Origin: a phage
Strand: one strand, 5' to 3'
Length of the DNA: 64,000 bases
Sequence record: PZ019084.1
The position numbers and the translations under genes are program-made. Shown here piece after piece: positions 41,117 to 51,868 of the stretch; position 1 is the first letter of the stretch; the number at the start of each line of letters is the position of its first letter. The notes under the pieces were generated by a model. It was not told the origin of the DNA and searched no databases. It saw nothing but the letters and a program-made list of their open reading frames with translations.

Positions 41117-42055
41117 TTATTTAAATTGTTCAGTAACGTCTTCAACTACTTCGTATTGGCAGGTACGCATTTTAGCATCGTTGTAATCAATCGGAATTGA
41201 TACTACATCGCGAGGATGTACTTTAACTTTTACAACTCGGCTGGTTGAACTGCCAAAGTGACGAATATAAGATTTAGAACACACATGCAGACCACGAGAA
41301 CAAGTTTGTGTATCATCGTCATTCACACGAGTACGTGGCATTTTAACTACTTTACCAGGACTGTTATCAAAAGTATTTGAATGGCAGTCAAAGTAATTGC
41401 TGCGAACTACTTTCCAGGCATAGAAGTAGCCGTCTTCTGTAATTTCAATATCGTTTGCTACCAAGAAATCAAAGAGTCGAGATACCGCTTTTTGGCTCGG
41501 GTTTTCTAACAGATTTTCCAAGAACGGAAAATAAAATTCAAAGTTTTCGCCTTTTTCCATCGAATCGAGAATACGATCAACTAAACCAGATCGCAATTCA
41601 ATATTTTGATAGAACAAGCTTCCACCTTCAATTCGAACATCACCGGAAATATATTTTTCAACAGCGCGACGAACGTTAATTTTTTGCGCCGCTTCTTCCA
41701 ATTTATCTGCAACAAGCAGATTAAGAATTTCTTGGAAGTTTGAATGAGTATTAGGAGTTGCGTTATAAGTTACACCGTCAACAGTAATTGAAATGAATTT
41801 TTTAGATGCATTCCAAATAATGTCAGATTTAGCAACTGGAGCAATAGCTGCATCGCTCTTAACTGTAACTGTAATGTCACCGCTAATGGTAACTTTGGAG
41901 CGCTCAGCTTCTTCAGCATTTTTCAAAACACGACGGATTGTGTCCACCGATACACCTTGCCAATCAGCCAATTCCTGTTGGGTGTAATTACCACTTGAAT
42001 ACAGTTTGACAATTTCAGCTTGTTCGTTTTTGGTCAGGCATTTAATATTGTACAT
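41117..42055 (-). CDS. rIIB: rIIB membrane-associated protein
   Basis: 312 aa, same as T4 rIIB, adjacent to rIIA. Confidence 0.9.
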   Translation of the reverse strand: MYNIKCLTKNEQAEIVKLYSSGNYTQQELADWQGVSVDTIRRVLKNAEEAERSKVTISGDITVTVKSDAAIAPVAKSDIIWNASKKFISITVDGVTYNATPNTHSNFQEILNLLVADKLEEAAQKINVRRAVEKYISGDVRIEGGSLFYQNIELRSGLVDRILDSMEKGENFEFYFPFLENLLENPSQKAVSRLFDFLVANDIEITEDGYFYAWKVVRSNYFDCHSNTFDNSPGKVVKMPRTRVNDDDTQTCSRGLHVCSKSYIRHFGSSTSRVVKVKVHPRDVVSIPIDYNDAKMRTCQYEVVEDVTEQFK

Positions 42056-42066
42056 AATTTTCCTTA

Positions 42067-44244
42067 TTAGGCCGCAAGGGCCTTCATAGTTTTAGCGATT
42101 TGGGAAACTTCATCATCACTTAAAGAGTTGCGATAACCGATGAAGTCGGAAACAATACGGAATTTCTTGGTAAACTCAGCAACCATTTTATCACTGTTTT
42201 TTAAAGCATTACGTGACAATTCATCAAAAAGATTAGTTACGGTCCAGATGTCATGACCGATGGTATCTTTTCCACCATTGAAATATACACCCCGCAATGA
42301 ACTAACCATATTACCAAGGCGAGTATATTCTTCGGAAACTTCATCTGTACTGAAATATTTCATCATAAAATTAAGTTCAGGATACTTAATAATTTTATCA
42401 ATATATCGCTGAGCTGAACTTGAATAACCTACATACTTATCATAATCTACATCGTCAAAAGCATCTACATATAAATCACGTAGAGTTTCAAAAATACATT
42501 GACACTGGCCGAGTTCTTTTACCTTTTTCTGCAAAAGCGGACGAATAACATAAAATTCATTAATGCCAATAATATTAGCCATACGAGTCAAAATACTCGT
42601 AGATGGATGACAAAGCGATGTAGTACCATCCATAGAGAAAATATCAGAACGATGCATATACGCTACATAACCAGTAATTTCATCTGCTTCTGACGTAAGT
42701 GTAAACAGTTCCTCTTTTTCCCAGCGCCCGTCTTTAATTTCAAACTTAAATGCAGTAGCAGCTTTAGGACGAGGAGCTGTACTTTTTACTGCCTTTGGAA
42801 TATAACTTTTAACTAAAGCTTCAATTTCTGACAAATAATGAATGTTAACTTCATCACTTTCAAACATTGCCATAATATCAGGGAGTAAATCAATCTGCGA
42901 TTCTACTTCCGGATTAATAAACAAAAGGCGTTCATTGTGATGAATATTCAAAGTGTTATTAAATTCACTATCATCTAACGCGCGTGCTAATCCACGGACA
43001 ATATTAACACGATTTTTAGTATTATCAATAACAATATTAATTTTTGTCGTATTAATACCAAACAGACGATAGCTTGATGCAACGGCTGAAGTTTCATGAC
43101 TTTGCTTAATGCGTTTCAGTCGAGGGTCAAGATTTACTTCATACACAACCCCTGCATTGCATAACTTACTGTCAGGTTCAAACATGCTCTGCATCTTTTT
43201 ATATGACAGATTTTTAGTCGTGAATTTGACTGAATTGCTAATCATATAATCTCGAGCAGAATATCCCATCTTCATCAATTCACGGTATGTATGACGAGGA
43301 GATGTAGATTCTTTAAATCGTTTTACATCTTCATTGAATGCCTTCTCACTAAGCTCTTTAACACGCTCAATAATATTTTTACGAGTACGATCATCTAGTG
43401 AAAGAGCCTCGCGCGATGGAGCAATATCAAGTGAACCCATTGGAAACTTAATATAATTCACTTCATTGCGAATGCTTAACCAATTACGGTCTCTAATAAC
43501 ACCTTCGATAGGATAAACAATGCCGCCATAGATAGCATACAATCCACCACGATCGGGCCAGTATCTTTCTGGATTTACGCCGTAATAGTCATCAAAATCT
43601 GGAAAATAATCAATTTCGCGGTCAAGACCATTAATGATAGCCAAATCTTTGAATGGTCGCATGATATAAGAAACTTCATAAGCAAAGTTTCTAAAGTCCT
43701 TTTCTTCAACTGGAACTACAATTTCAATACCAGTTTTATCGTCTGGACCCATTTCTTTTACGAATGTAGGTTTAATTTGCGGACCATCACCATCCATGTA
43801 AGCTACATAACCACGAATTTCACCTTTATGATATGAAGTAATACTAAATGTATCAGTATAACTAAACGGAGATTTAGAACCTAAACCAAATCCACCAATG
43901 AAATCATTAGATTCAGCCTTAGATGAACTAAAGTATGAATTATACAACCCAGGAGAATTATCATCACCCTGAATATCAAAATCGCTCATACCTGGACCAA
44001 AATCTCGGCAAACAAATCGCGGATCTAATCGTCCTGGAACTTGAATGATAAATTTTTCAGGATTTCCATTAAGAGCATGGGCATCAATCATGTTGGTAAT
44101 CAATTCACGGACTACTGCGCGAATCTTGTTTGTATACAAATCAGATGACAGAATTTTGAATACTTTAGGAGATGCTGTGATGCTAAATGCCTTTGATTTA
44201 GAACCATTGCCAAGAATTGTTTCTTTTTCAGTGGTGATAATCAT
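42067..44244 (-). CDS. rIIA: rIIA protein
   Basis: 725 aa, same as T4 rIIA; N-terminal GHKL-type ATPase-like motifs. Confidence 0.9.
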   Translation of the reverse strand: MIITTEKETILGNGSKSKAFSITASPKVFKILSSDLYTNKIRAVVRELITNMIDAHALNGNPEKFIIQVPGRLDPRFVCRDFGPGMSDFDIQGDDNSPGLYNSYFSSSKAESNDFIGGFGLGSKSPFSYTDTFSITSYHKGEIRGYVAYMDGDGPQIKPTFVKEMGPDDKTGIEIVVPVEEKDFRNFAYEVSYIMRPFKDLAIINGLDREIDYFPDFDDYYGVNPERYWPDRGGLYAIYGGIVYPIEGVIRDRNWLSIRNEVNYIKFPMGSLDIAPSREALSLDDRTRKNIIERVKELSEKAFNEDVKRFKESTSPRHTYRELMKMGYSARDYMISNSVKFTTKNLSYKKMQSMFEPDSKLCNAGVVYEVNLDPRLKRIKQSHETSAVASSYRLFGINTTKINIVIDNTKNRVNIVRGLARALDDSEFNNTLNIHHNERLLFINPEVESQIDLLPDIMAMFESDEVNIHYLSEIEALVKSYIPKAVKSTAPRPKAATAFKFEIKDGRWEKEELFTLTSEADEITGYVAYMHRSDIFSMDGTTSLCHPSTSILTRMANIIGINEFYVIRPLLQKKVKELGQCQCIFETLRDLYVDAFDDVDYDKYVGYSSSAQRYIDKIIKYPELNFMMKYFSTDEVSEEYTRLGNMVSSLRGVYFNGGKDTIGHDIWTVTNLFDELSRNALKNSDKMVAEFTKKFRIVSDFIGYRNSLSDDEVSQIAKTMKALAA

Positions 44245-44254
44245 AATTTCCTCA

Positions 44255-44458
44255 TTAATTCATATTGCGTTTAATAACTTCAGCAACTTCTAGTAATTCA
44301 TCTTTAGTTGCGGTGTCGGATTGAATTTTATCTCTAATATCCTTAAAGCGGTTTTTAAACTCTTCGGCTTCTCCCATATCGAAAAAGCGTTGAATGATTC
44401 TATATTCTCGATGAACTGCTTTATCAAAAAGTTCTAAATTTACTCTATATGATTTCAT
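44255..44458 (-). CDS. hypothetical protein (rIIA.1-like)
   Basis: 67-aa ORF driven by the promoter at 44484..44513. Confidence 0.5.
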   Translation of the reverse strand: MKSYRVNLELFDKAVHREYRIIQRFFDMGEAEEFKNRFKDIRDKIQSDTATKDELLEVAEVIKRNMN

Positions 44459-44483
44459 TTCAATATCCTCATTTGCCCAATTA

Positions 44484-44513
44484 ATTATACCACATCCTTG
44501 TGGTAAAGTAAAC
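44484..44513 (-). promoter_or_regulatory. T4-type early promoter (GTTTAC-N18-TATAAT)
   Basis: Perfect -10 TATAAT and -35 GTTTAC on the minus strand. Confidence 0.6.
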
Positions 44514-46333
44514 TATTGGCTCATCCATTCTTTACGAAGGTCAGCATTATCTCCCATGAGCATTTCAAAAAGCTCTTTCCAGTTCTCAGGAAGTTTAACA
44601 ACATCATATACTGGGTTTTGAATCATCTCACGATATTCAGATTTTTCCAAAGAGCCAAGTCCCTTAATATAACGGATGCTATGTTTAGGTAGAGCATCCT
44701 TGACACTCTCATATTCAGCGACTGTATAAAACCATTCTTGTTTTTTACCGACCTGAGCGATGATTACAGGAGTTTTGACGAAGCGAATTCTTCCTTGATC
44801 AAACAGTTCTGGCCAATTACTAAAAAATCCGAGCAGAGAAGGATAAATGCTCCCTAGACCATCATGGTCAGCATCAGTCATAATAGCAATATTATGATAA
44901 TTCAAGTTTTCAGCTTTTTCACCAAGAACTAATCCAGTGATTGCGCAAATGTCAAACAGTTCTTTGTTTTTAAGCATATCAGCATATGACATACCCCAGC
45001 TATTAAGAACTTTACCACGCAATGGATAACCACCATGAAGTTCTTTATCACGAACATCAATAAGATATCCGATAGCGGAATCACCCTCAGTCAAGAAAAG
45101 AGTAGTGTCAGCATCTTTACCACAAAGATTCGCTTTAATATGTTTATGAACCTTAGCTTTAGAAGCCTTTTTAGCTGCTTTAGTTTCTGCTGCTTTTTCT
45201 GCCGCCAATTTACGAGCCAAGGCAGCTTCAATGATTGGCATTAAAATTGCTTCATTATTTAAAATAGCGCGTGAAATCTTTTTAGCATCAAGCTGAATAT
45301 GACTACGAATTTCACCAAAAGGAGAAGTCAAACGCTCTTTAGTCTGAGAATCAAATCGCATGTTTTTCATATCACGAACAAACATAACGATAGTCAAACA
45401 TTCTTTAACACGTGCTTTAGTTACATCAATTTTGAACTTGCGTTTGATTTGTGGAATAAGGTCTTCACAAATATCATCCATAACACAGTCAATATGATGG
45501 CCACCATTCTTAGTATGAATGTTATTGACGTATGTTAATTGACGAAAACCATCAGGTGAACGACCAACCGCAATAGAACAATTTTCTTGTTCTTGAACGA
45601 TAGCATGCTCATCATATTGGCGTGCATATTTCTTAAAATTACCCTGAACCTTTTTACCGTTAAAGGTAAATTGAATATCAGGATAAACTACTGCAAGCGT
45701 CTGGAGACGATCCAGTGTAATGTCAAGATAAACTTGAGATAGCTCATTAGTTTCAAATGACATAAAATCAGGAATGAAAGTAACACGAGTTCCTTTCCAT
45801 TTTCCAGGAATAGTTTCCCATGATTTATTTTCCATGCCATTTGAACAACGAACTACAATATTATTTTGACCGTCGCCAGTTTCACCGACAAACATCACAG
45901 AAAAAATGTTAGTTAAACTAGAACCAACACCATTCATACCGCCAGTGACGCGTTCTTTATCATCACCAAAGTTACCACCTGCTTTTGGAATAGTCCAGGC
46001 AGCAACAGGACCAGGAATTTCTTCACCAGTAGGTGTTTTAACCATCGCTTGTGGAATACCACGACCATTATCTTCAACTGTTACTTGATTGTTTTTAATA
46101 GTAACATTAATTTTATTTGCGAATTTAAACTTAGTACGAATACCTTCATCTACTGAGTTATCGATAATTTCATCAATAAGCTTAACAAGACCAGGTACAT
46201 ACTGAACACTTTCCCATTTACCAAACAGAAAGCGCTCATGCATTTCATTAGCAGAAGAGCCAATATACATGCCGCTACGCTTTTTGATATGTTCAATATC
46301 GCTCAGAATTTTAATTTCATTCTTAATCATCAC
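44513..46333 (-). CDS. 39: gp39 topoisomerase II large subunit (GyrB-like), single ORF with no gene 60 split
   Basis: 606 aa with GHKL ATPase motifs (DNGRGIP, GGMNGVGSS) and a TOPRIM motif (LFLTEGDSA). T4 splits this protein into gp39 plus gp60. Confidence 0.9.
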   Translation of the reverse strand: MMIKNEIKILSDIEHIKKRSGMYIGSSANEMHERFLFGKWESVQYVPGLVKLIDEIIDNSVDEGIRTKFKFANKINVTIKNNQVTVEDNGRGIPQAMVKTPTGEEIPGPVAAWTIPKAGGNFGDDKERVTGGMNGVGSSLTNIFSVMFVGETGDGQNNIVVRCSNGMENKSWETIPGKWKGTRVTFIPDFMSFETNELSQVYLDITLDRLQTLAVVYPDIQFTFNGKKVQGNFKKYARQYDEHAIVQEQENCSIAVGRSPDGFRQLTYVNNIHTKNGGHHIDCVMDDICEDLIPQIKRKFKIDVTKARVKECLTIVMFVRDMKNMRFDSQTKERLTSPFGEIRSHIQLDAKKISRAILNNEAILMPIIEAALARKLAAEKAAETKAAKKASKAKVHKHIKANLCGKDADTTLFLTEGDSAIGYLIDVRDKELHGGYPLRGKVLNSWGMSYADMLKNKELFDICAITGLVLGEKAENLNYHNIAIMTDADHDGLGSIYPSLLGFFSNWPELFDQGRIRFVKTPVIIAQVGKKQEWFYTVAEYESVKDALPKHSIRYIKGLGSLEKSEYREMIQNPVYDVVKLPENWKELFEMLMGDNADLRKEWMSQ

Positions 46334-46399
46334 TTATCCTCGTTTGGTTTCGGGAATATTATACTCCGGTAATCATAAAGCTAAAGGCCCGAAGGCCTT

Positions 46400-46672
46400 T
46401 TATTTAAAACGGATAGTCGAATCCTTGAAGAATAGACCAGAACATACAGTTCCTTCTACTTTCTGCCCGGTAGGTCCAATAGCACGAAATCCAGTATGTT
46501 GGAAATCATTTTCAGAGCAACCGAACCAATTATATCCAGTGATTTCAATATTAGTAAAACCACTTGAAGACAAAACTTTGGTTGCATTATCAGCATCAGT
46601 ACATCCTACTAAAGATACTGCTAATACTAATGCCGCGATAGAACGATTAACATATTTCATAATTTCACTCAA
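46400..46672 (-). CDS. predicted lipoprotein
   Basis: Signal peptide with lipobox LVGC. Confidence 0.5.
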   Translation of the reverse strand: MSEIMKYVNRSIAALVLAVSLVGCTDADNATKVLSSSGFTNIEITGYNWFGCSENDFQHTGFRAIGPTGQKVEGTVCSGLFFKDSTIRFK

Positions 46673-47036
46673 ATTTAATGGCTTGAAGAAGACTAATAAT
46701 TCTCAAGCGGCTTCTTTCATCTTTAACCGTAAAAGAAAGAGGGTCGCCAGATTTCATAGTGATGGTGCATTCAAAACTAAAATCTTCAGGAACTTCTTCG
46801 AAGAAGTCAAATTCTTCATCATATATTAGAACATTACTCTGAAAACTGTGAAGAATTTTTCCGTCATTTCCAGATGCTGTACTAATCATTGTAACATTAT
46901 TACCTTTCATATCTTCAACGATAAATTCGCTTGTAGATATTACGGCATTAATAGAACCATTCCTATAAATAGAAGAAAGCAGATATTTCTTTTCTTCACC
47001 TTCACGAACACGATATTTCTTACCGATTTTAAACAT
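46665..47036 (-). CDS. hypothetical protein
   Basis: 123-aa ORF. Confidence 0.5.
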   Translation of the reverse strand: MFKIGKKYRVREGEEKKYLLSSIYRNGSINAVISTSEFIVEDMKGNNVTMISTASGNDGKILHSFQSNVLIYDEEFDFFEEVPEDFSFECTITMKSGDPLSFTVKDERSRLRIISLLQAIKFE

Positions 47037-47038
47037 AA

Positions 47039-47215
47039 TTATCCTTTAAGTAAGTCGTAAAATCCACCATTCACATGCTTAGGAGCAGAAGGCCGACGAG
47101 TAGACAGACGATGACATTTAGGGCAAACATCATTTTCTCGTTCAGAAATCTTTTTAATTTTTTCGTATTCATGCCCGCAATCTTCGGATTGGCATTTATA
47201 ATCATACATTGGCAT
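47039..47215 (-). CDS. zinc-ribbon protein (58 aa, CxxC...CxxC)
   Basis: Hand translation MPMYDYKCQSEDCGHEYEKIKKISERENDVCPKCHRL...; tightly packed between neighbouring ORFs. Below the ORF-track size cutoff. Confidence 0.45.
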   Translation of the reverse strand: MPMYDYKCQSEDCGHEYEKIKKISERENDVCPKCHRLSTRRPSAPKHVNGGFYDLLKG

Positions 47216-47217
47216 AA

Positions 47218-47637
47218 TTATTCCTTAAAGTGTGCTTTCAACATCTGATACAAGGACCATGCCTGTTCATTATTTTCAATAGTAACTTTCATGACAGGAA
47301 ATTCTGTGAAATCTTCTATTTGTTCTTGCTCTTCCTGCTCTTGCTCTTCAGATGCCTGATATGGATTTTCAACTTCATCAAAGAACCCAGCTTCGTTAGT
47401 AGAGAGCCAGATAAAGTTTTCGTCAAGGATATCACCATGTGTTGCATATCCAACTGTGCCGGTAGATGTCACAATTTTAGTAGGACGCCCGTAATAGTCA
47501 ACATCTAAAATTTTAAAAGGTTCCATACCTAAACGTCGTGCATAGATTCCGTTATCAGTATGGTCTTTAATAAAATTTTCTTGAGCCTGTTTATTTTTAA
47601 ATTGATACCATTTATTAACTTCAAATTTAATAGCCAT
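47218..47637 (-). CDS. hypothetical acidic protein
   Basis: 139-aa ORF with an acidic [10 protein letters not shown] stretch. Confidence 0.5.
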   Translation of the reverse strand: MAIKFEVNKWYQFKNKQAQENFIKDHTDNGIYARRLGMEPFKILDVDYYGRPTKIVTSTGTVGYATHGDILDENFIWLSTNEAGFFDEVENPYQASEEQEQEEQEQIEDFTEFPVMKVTIENNEQAWSLYQMLKAHFKE

Positions 47638-47852
47638 TAATAAATTTCCTTCCAGTAAGTTGTACCGTCTTCAGTGATTTCACGGAATACACCATAAATC
47701 GGTTGTTTATCACCAACCTTTTCATACACATAAACCGAAGTCAAGTGAGTAAACTTAGCAGTGTGCTCCTTTTGAACTACTACCAAATCTGGATCGAATA
47801 ATACATCTTCAAATTCGTCATTAGTGCATTTCTGAACAGTTTTACGTTTCAT
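47637..47852 (-). CDS. hypothetical protein
   Basis: 71-aa ORF. Confidence 0.45.
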   Translation of the reverse strand: MKRKTVQKCTNDEFEDVLFDPDLVVVQKEHTAKFTHLTSVYVYEKVGDKQPIYGVFREITEDGTTYWKEIY

Positions 47853-47947
47853 TACAATTTCCTCATTAATTGAACAGTGGAGCGATGCGTTTCAGAAGAG
47901 TCAGTACCTTTGGCAAATTTTCCATTTTATTCTCCAAGTTGTTTTCT

Positions 47948-47992
47948 ATATCAGTAGTTGATATTGATATAGTACCATAATCAACTACTGAT
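47948..47992 (-). promoter_or_regulatory. 13-bp perfect inverted repeat (ATCAGTAGTTGAT / ATCAACTACTGAT) flanking a TGGTACTAT -10-like core
   Basis: Arms at 47950..47962 and 47980..47992, 17-bp spacer; the arm sequence equals the conserved early-leader element seen downstream of other early promoters. Confidence 0.4.
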
Positions 47993-48032
47993 GTATATAG
48001 TTTTATGAAAAAATTTTAAGCTTTATGCAAAT

Positions 48033-48452
48033 TTATGCTAAAGCTGCTTCGCACCATTTTTTAATTTGGAATTCAGGAACTACCATGAACTGGCCTGCAA
48101 AAACAATATTGTAGAGCTTGACGCCATCTTCTACCCAACGGTCCGAAATAAAACCAGCGACTTGATTCGTTGTCCATGGAGTTCCATCTGTTGCTGCCGC
48201 AATTGTGAATTTATGGTCTTTTACAACTAAAACTGAAGAACAAAGTTTCCATTTAAACGCGCTTTCTTCTGGCTCAATGAATTGGCTTGAGACATAACCA
48301 ATGTTACCATCAGCGTCACGAACTTTAACCTCGTTACGACCAAAAACTGGATCACTTACAGAAAGAACTTCAACCAGCTTTCCTGCAACTTTAGAACGAG
48401 AAGCAACGGATACATATACGTAATCACCGGTAGATAGATTTACAATATTCAT
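48033..48452 (-). CDS. MotB-like protein, paralog of the next gene
   Basis: 139 aa; shares SRSK.AGKLVE and C-terminal D.WVEDGVKLYN.VF.G blocks with ORF 48469..48957. Confidence 0.5.
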   Translation of the reverse strand: MNIVNLSTGDYVYVSVASRSKVAGKLVEVLSVSDPVFGRNEVKVRDADGNIGYVSSQFIEPEESAFKWKLCSSVLVVKDHKFTIAAATDGTPWTTNQVAGFISDRWVEDGVKLYNIVFAGQFMVVPEFQIKKWCEAALA

Positions 48453-48468
48453 AATAATTCCTTAAACT

Positions 48469-48957
48469 TTATGCATAGAGAGCTTTGCTATAGTGTTTAA
48501 TCCAGCTTTCAGGAATGACTTTATATGTTCCTAAAAATACCACATTATACAGCTTAACACCGTCTTCTACCCACTGGTCGGTAATGTATGCACACATAGC
48601 ACGAGTATAAACAGCCGCTCCATCATCTTTGATAAATTTAAATTCACAAGGAGCAATGAACTTAATAGCCTGACCGAGTTTCCACTTAAAGTCTACACCT
48701 ACATGCGAAGTATCAATCGTTTCAATTCCTTTAGCAGGAACAGCTTTCAAAAACGCAGACTCAAGAAATTTCGCACGAACATAGCCAAACTGAGGTTTAG
48801 ACTTTCCATCTTTAGGAATGATACGCACTTTTACTTCAGAATCTTCATCTTTAACACCGTGTTTAAGCTGAATGCTTACAATTTCAACCAATTTTCCTGC
48901 TGCTTTAGAGCGGGATTTATCAGATACACGAGCTAATTCACCAATATTAATAATCAT
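48469..48957 (-). CDS. motB: MotB-like DNA-binding protein
   Basis: 162 aa, the length I recall for T4 MotB, in the T4 motB position between 39 and dexA; assignment from memory. Confidence 0.5.
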   Translation of the reverse strand: MIINIGELARVSDKSRSKAAGKLVEIVSIQLKHGVKDEDSEVKVRIIPKDGKSKPQFGYVRAKFLESAFLKAVPAKGIETIDTSHVGVDFKWKLGQAIKFIAPCEFKFIKDDGAAVYTRAMCAYITDQWVEDGVKLYNVVFLGTYKVIPESWIKHYSKALYA

Positions 48958-49001
48958 AGTTATCTCTCACTTGTTAAAAAGATTTTATACTCCACAGGAC
49001 C

Positions 49002-49031
49002 ATTATACTCTGGTCCCAAGAGTTTGTAAAC
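49002..49031 (-). promoter_or_regulatory. T4-type early promoter (GTTTAC-N18-TATAAT)
   Basis: Minus-strand motif match upstream of the motB-like gene. Confidence 0.55.
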
Positions 49032-49054
49032 TATTAATTCAAAATAGCTACTTT

Positions 49055-49738
49055 TTATCGTTTTGTTGGAAGGGATAGAGGATCGCAATCTTCCTCTGAC
49101 GGAGCATCTTCAAGACCCATAGCATATCGTAAAGCATACTTCATCATCAGGATGTCTTTCGCACAGTCATGAATAGAATCATGTGCAACGAATCCATCTA
49201 AAGTTCCCTTTGGAAGAGGACACGTGGTCATATCACGAACAAGAAGAAGTGCTTCAATTCTGGTACGAATATCACGCTGATTCCAGAATTTACATGGTTC
49301 TAACTTAAATGTGTCAAGTTCATTCTCAGAAACGCCATTAAGACGTTGAATATCGCGAATGAGATCGACTAAAATTGGAAAATCAAATGACATTCCACGG
49401 CACCAGCCTTGAGATTTCCAAGGATCGATGTTATGCGCATTGATGTAATCATTAAATTTTGCAATACCATCGATGGTGCTTACATCTTCATCTGATGGTG
49501 CAATATTTTTTCGAGCTTCAGGAGACTGATTTTTCCACCATTCAATAGTGCTTTTAGTAAAAAGACGATGTCCTTTTTGGCTTTTTAAATCAAATTTGAT
49601 TTTAATGCCACGTGAAACTAATTCATCAAATGTTTCAACTACTTCTGGATTAGGGTCAAAGGCAATAACAGCCAAATCAATAACAGCTGCTTTTTCACCA
49701 CTTCCCATTGTTTCAAAATCTATAATAAAATCAAACAT
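49055..49738 (-). CDS. dexA: exonuclease A (DnaQ-like 3'-5' exonuclease)
   Basis: 227 aa, same as T4 DexA; exo motif I FDFETMG near the N-terminus. Confidence 0.85.
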   Translation of the reverse strand: MFDFIIDFETMGSGEKAAVIDLAVIAFDPNPEVVETFDELVSRGIKIKFDLKSQKGHRLFTKSTIEWWKNQSPEARKNIAPSDEDVSTIDGIAKFNDYINAHNIDPWKSQGWCRGMSFDFPILVDLIRDIQRLNGVSENELDTFKLEPCKFWNQRDIRTRIEALLLVRDMTTCPLPKGTLDGFVAHDSIHDCAKDILMMKYALRYAMGLEDAPSEEDCDPLSLPTKR

Positions 49739-50013
49739 TAAATTTTCCTCGCTAAATCGCGAATTTGACCTACAGTATAATCTTGGATATAAACTTTATT
49801 AATGGGCTCATCAATAAATTTTGCCATAGATTCAATATCTTTTTGTATCTCTTCAAGACTGTATACTATCTTTAAAGCTTTTTCGCGAATAGTAACATTA
49901 TCAGGTCCTGAATTTTCTTGGATGACAGCTTTAACATTTGTCATAAGAGATTTAAACTGATGCAAACTTAATTCAATCATTAATAACCGCCTTATAAAGA
50001 TGGCTAATTTCAC
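49738..50013 (-). CDS. hypothetical protein (dexA.1-like)
   Basis: 91-aa ORF. Confidence 0.45.
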   Translation of the reverse strand: MKLAIFIRRLLMIELSLHQFKSLMTNVKAVIQENSGPDNVTIREKALKIVYSLEEIQKDIESMAKFIDEPINKVYIQDYTVGQIRDLARKI

Positions 50014-50218
50014 CTAAAACATAATCACTGATTGTAACAGTTTTCACTTCACCGCAAAAGAATTCTAATGCAATCAAATCTCGTTCAATTTCTTCCAATT
50101 GAAGCATTAACTTGCCTGATTCAATTTTCACGTTTTTGCGATTTTTACTATAAGCTATTTCATAAATTTCGCTCACTTTATCTTGAAGTAGATAAAACTG
50201 GTCTTTAGTTATTTCCAC
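49973..50218 (-). CDS. hypothetical protein (dexA.2-like)
   Basis: 81-aa ORF. Confidence 0.45.
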   Translation of the reverse strand: MEITKDQFYLLQDKVSEIYEIAYSKNRKNVKIESGKLMLQLEEIERDLIALEFFCGEVKTVTISDYVLGEISHLYKAVIND

Positions 50219-50239
50219 GAATAGCTTCCTCGAATTTAA

Positions 50240-51559
50240 TCATACGTAAAACACATCATAACGACCACGAGTGACACCAACATAAAGAAGCTGCTGAGCT
50301 AGTTCAGCATCTGCATAATGAATACAAGGCGTATAGATAAAAGCACGGTCTACAGACATGCCCTGAGCTTTGTGGAATGTTGATGCAGGAAGTGCTTTCA
50401 CTTTACTAAACTGTGATTTAGCATCCCAAAAATCACTCCACGGAGCTTTTCCACCTTTATTCCAATTTTTATAAGTTTCTGCCGTTTTACCTAAAAATAA
50501 GTTAAACTTATACAGCTCTTCATCAGATGAAATTATTTTAATCTTTTCACGATAATATTCATCATCGCCGTAAGTTTCTACTGTTAAATCCCAATGACGA
50601 ATTAGATATTCTCCAGGAACACCACGAGCTTTAACAAATGTTGATGTATACTCTGCTTCTATAATACGAACTAATTGTCCGTTATTAAAAATAATTTCTG
50701 ACACAGGCTTTCCATCAATTTTATATGTTTTAATTAACGGTTCCTGCATTACAATAATTTCACCGACAATAAAATCTTTATCAGTTTCAAAAATCTTTTT
50801 GCGAATAATGCTATTTAACTTATCAACAGATTTATTCGTAAATGCCATTACACGATTTTCAAACAAATCATCTAGTGATTTTACGATTGAAAAATAATTT
50901 ACCATAAAATCGCGTAAAGCGGTATCACCGGTAAATCCACGTACTCCATGCCCGTCAACAACTTTATCATAAATCCACTTACCGTTGCGAACATCAGTAG
51001 CTACATCAATAATAGGAGCATTACTACGTTTAACTTCAGTGAGTTCACACTGATAAAAATCTTTATGTGTAAAGAACGGACTGATATAAGCAGTGTTTTC
51101 TCCTGGGTCAACAGGTCTAATTTGCTTATTATCGCCTATTCCAATTATAGTACACCACGGCGGGATAGTTGAAAGCAGAATTTTAAATAGCTTTCTATCA
51201 TACATTGACACTTCGTCGCAGATTAATACTCTACATTTAGCTAAATCCGGTACTTCTTTTTGTTCAAAAAGAACGTTTTCTTCATATGTTACTGGGTTAA
51301 TTTTGAGAATACTGTGAATAGTACTCGCTTCTTTCCCTGACAGTTTTGAAAGAATCTTTTTAGCTGCATGAGTAGGAGCTGCTAAAATAATGCCAGTTTC
51401 GCCCGTAGATATTAAAGCTTCAATGATGAACTTAGTAAGAGTAGTTTTACCAGTACCAGCAGGTCCATTAATAGTTACATGATGTTTCTTTTCTTTAATA
51501 GCCCTCATAACGATGTTAAAGGCATTTTTCTGGCCTTCGGTCAAATCATCAAATGTCAT
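50240..51559 (-). CDS. dda: Dda DNA helicase (SF1B)
   Basis: 439 aa, same as T4 Dda; Walker A GPAGTGKTT. Confidence 0.9.
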   Translation of the reverse strand: MTFDDLTEGQKNAFNIVMRAIKEKKHHVTINGPAGTGKTTLTKFIIEALISTGETGIILAAPTHAAKKILSKLSGKEASTIHSILKINPVTYEENVLFEQKEVPDLAKCRVLICDEVSMYDRKLFKILLSTIPPWCTIIGIGDNKQIRPVDPGENTAYISPFFTHKDFYQCELTEVKRSNAPIIDVATDVRNGKWIYDKVVDGHGVRGFTGDTALRDFMVNYFSIVKSLDDLFENRVMAFTNKSVDKLNSIIRKKIFETDKDFIVGEIIVMQEPLIKTYKIDGKPVSEIIFNNGQLVRIIEAEYTSTFVKARGVPGEYLIRHWDLTVETYGDDEYYREKIKIISSDEELYKFNLFLGKTAETYKNWNKGGKAPWSDFWDAKSQFSKVKALPASTFHKAQGMSVDRAFIYTPCIHYADAELAQQLLYVGVTRGRYDVFYV

Positions 51560-51867
51560 CGTAAATTCCCTGCAATTGGTATACTAACAATACGCCCAGT
51601 ATCTAAAATTCGCCGATATAATCTTTGTGTGTCTACATCAGGCTTAACATGTTTAACTTCTATTTTATTAAACCAAAACTTACGTGGAGTCTCAACTAAT
51701 CTCGGAATTCCCATACCTAAAGCTAGTCGATACTGCTCTTTAAGAGTGGTAAATACTTTATCAGCAATTTCCCTTTCAAAAAATACAGCAGGGCGGTGTT
51801 CATCAAGAGGAACAGGCACTGCAAATCCATCTTTATCTCTGTACACTATCGCATATACATAAAACAT
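51556..51867 (-). CDS. hypothetical protein (dda.1-like)
   Basis: 103-aa ORF. Confidence 0.5.
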   Translation of the reverse strand: MFYVYAIVYRDKDGFAVPVPLDEHRPAVFFEREIADKVFTTLKEQYRLALGMGIPRLVETPRKFWFNKIEVKHVKPDVDTQRLYRRILDTGRIVSIPIAGNLR

Positions 51868-51868
51868 A

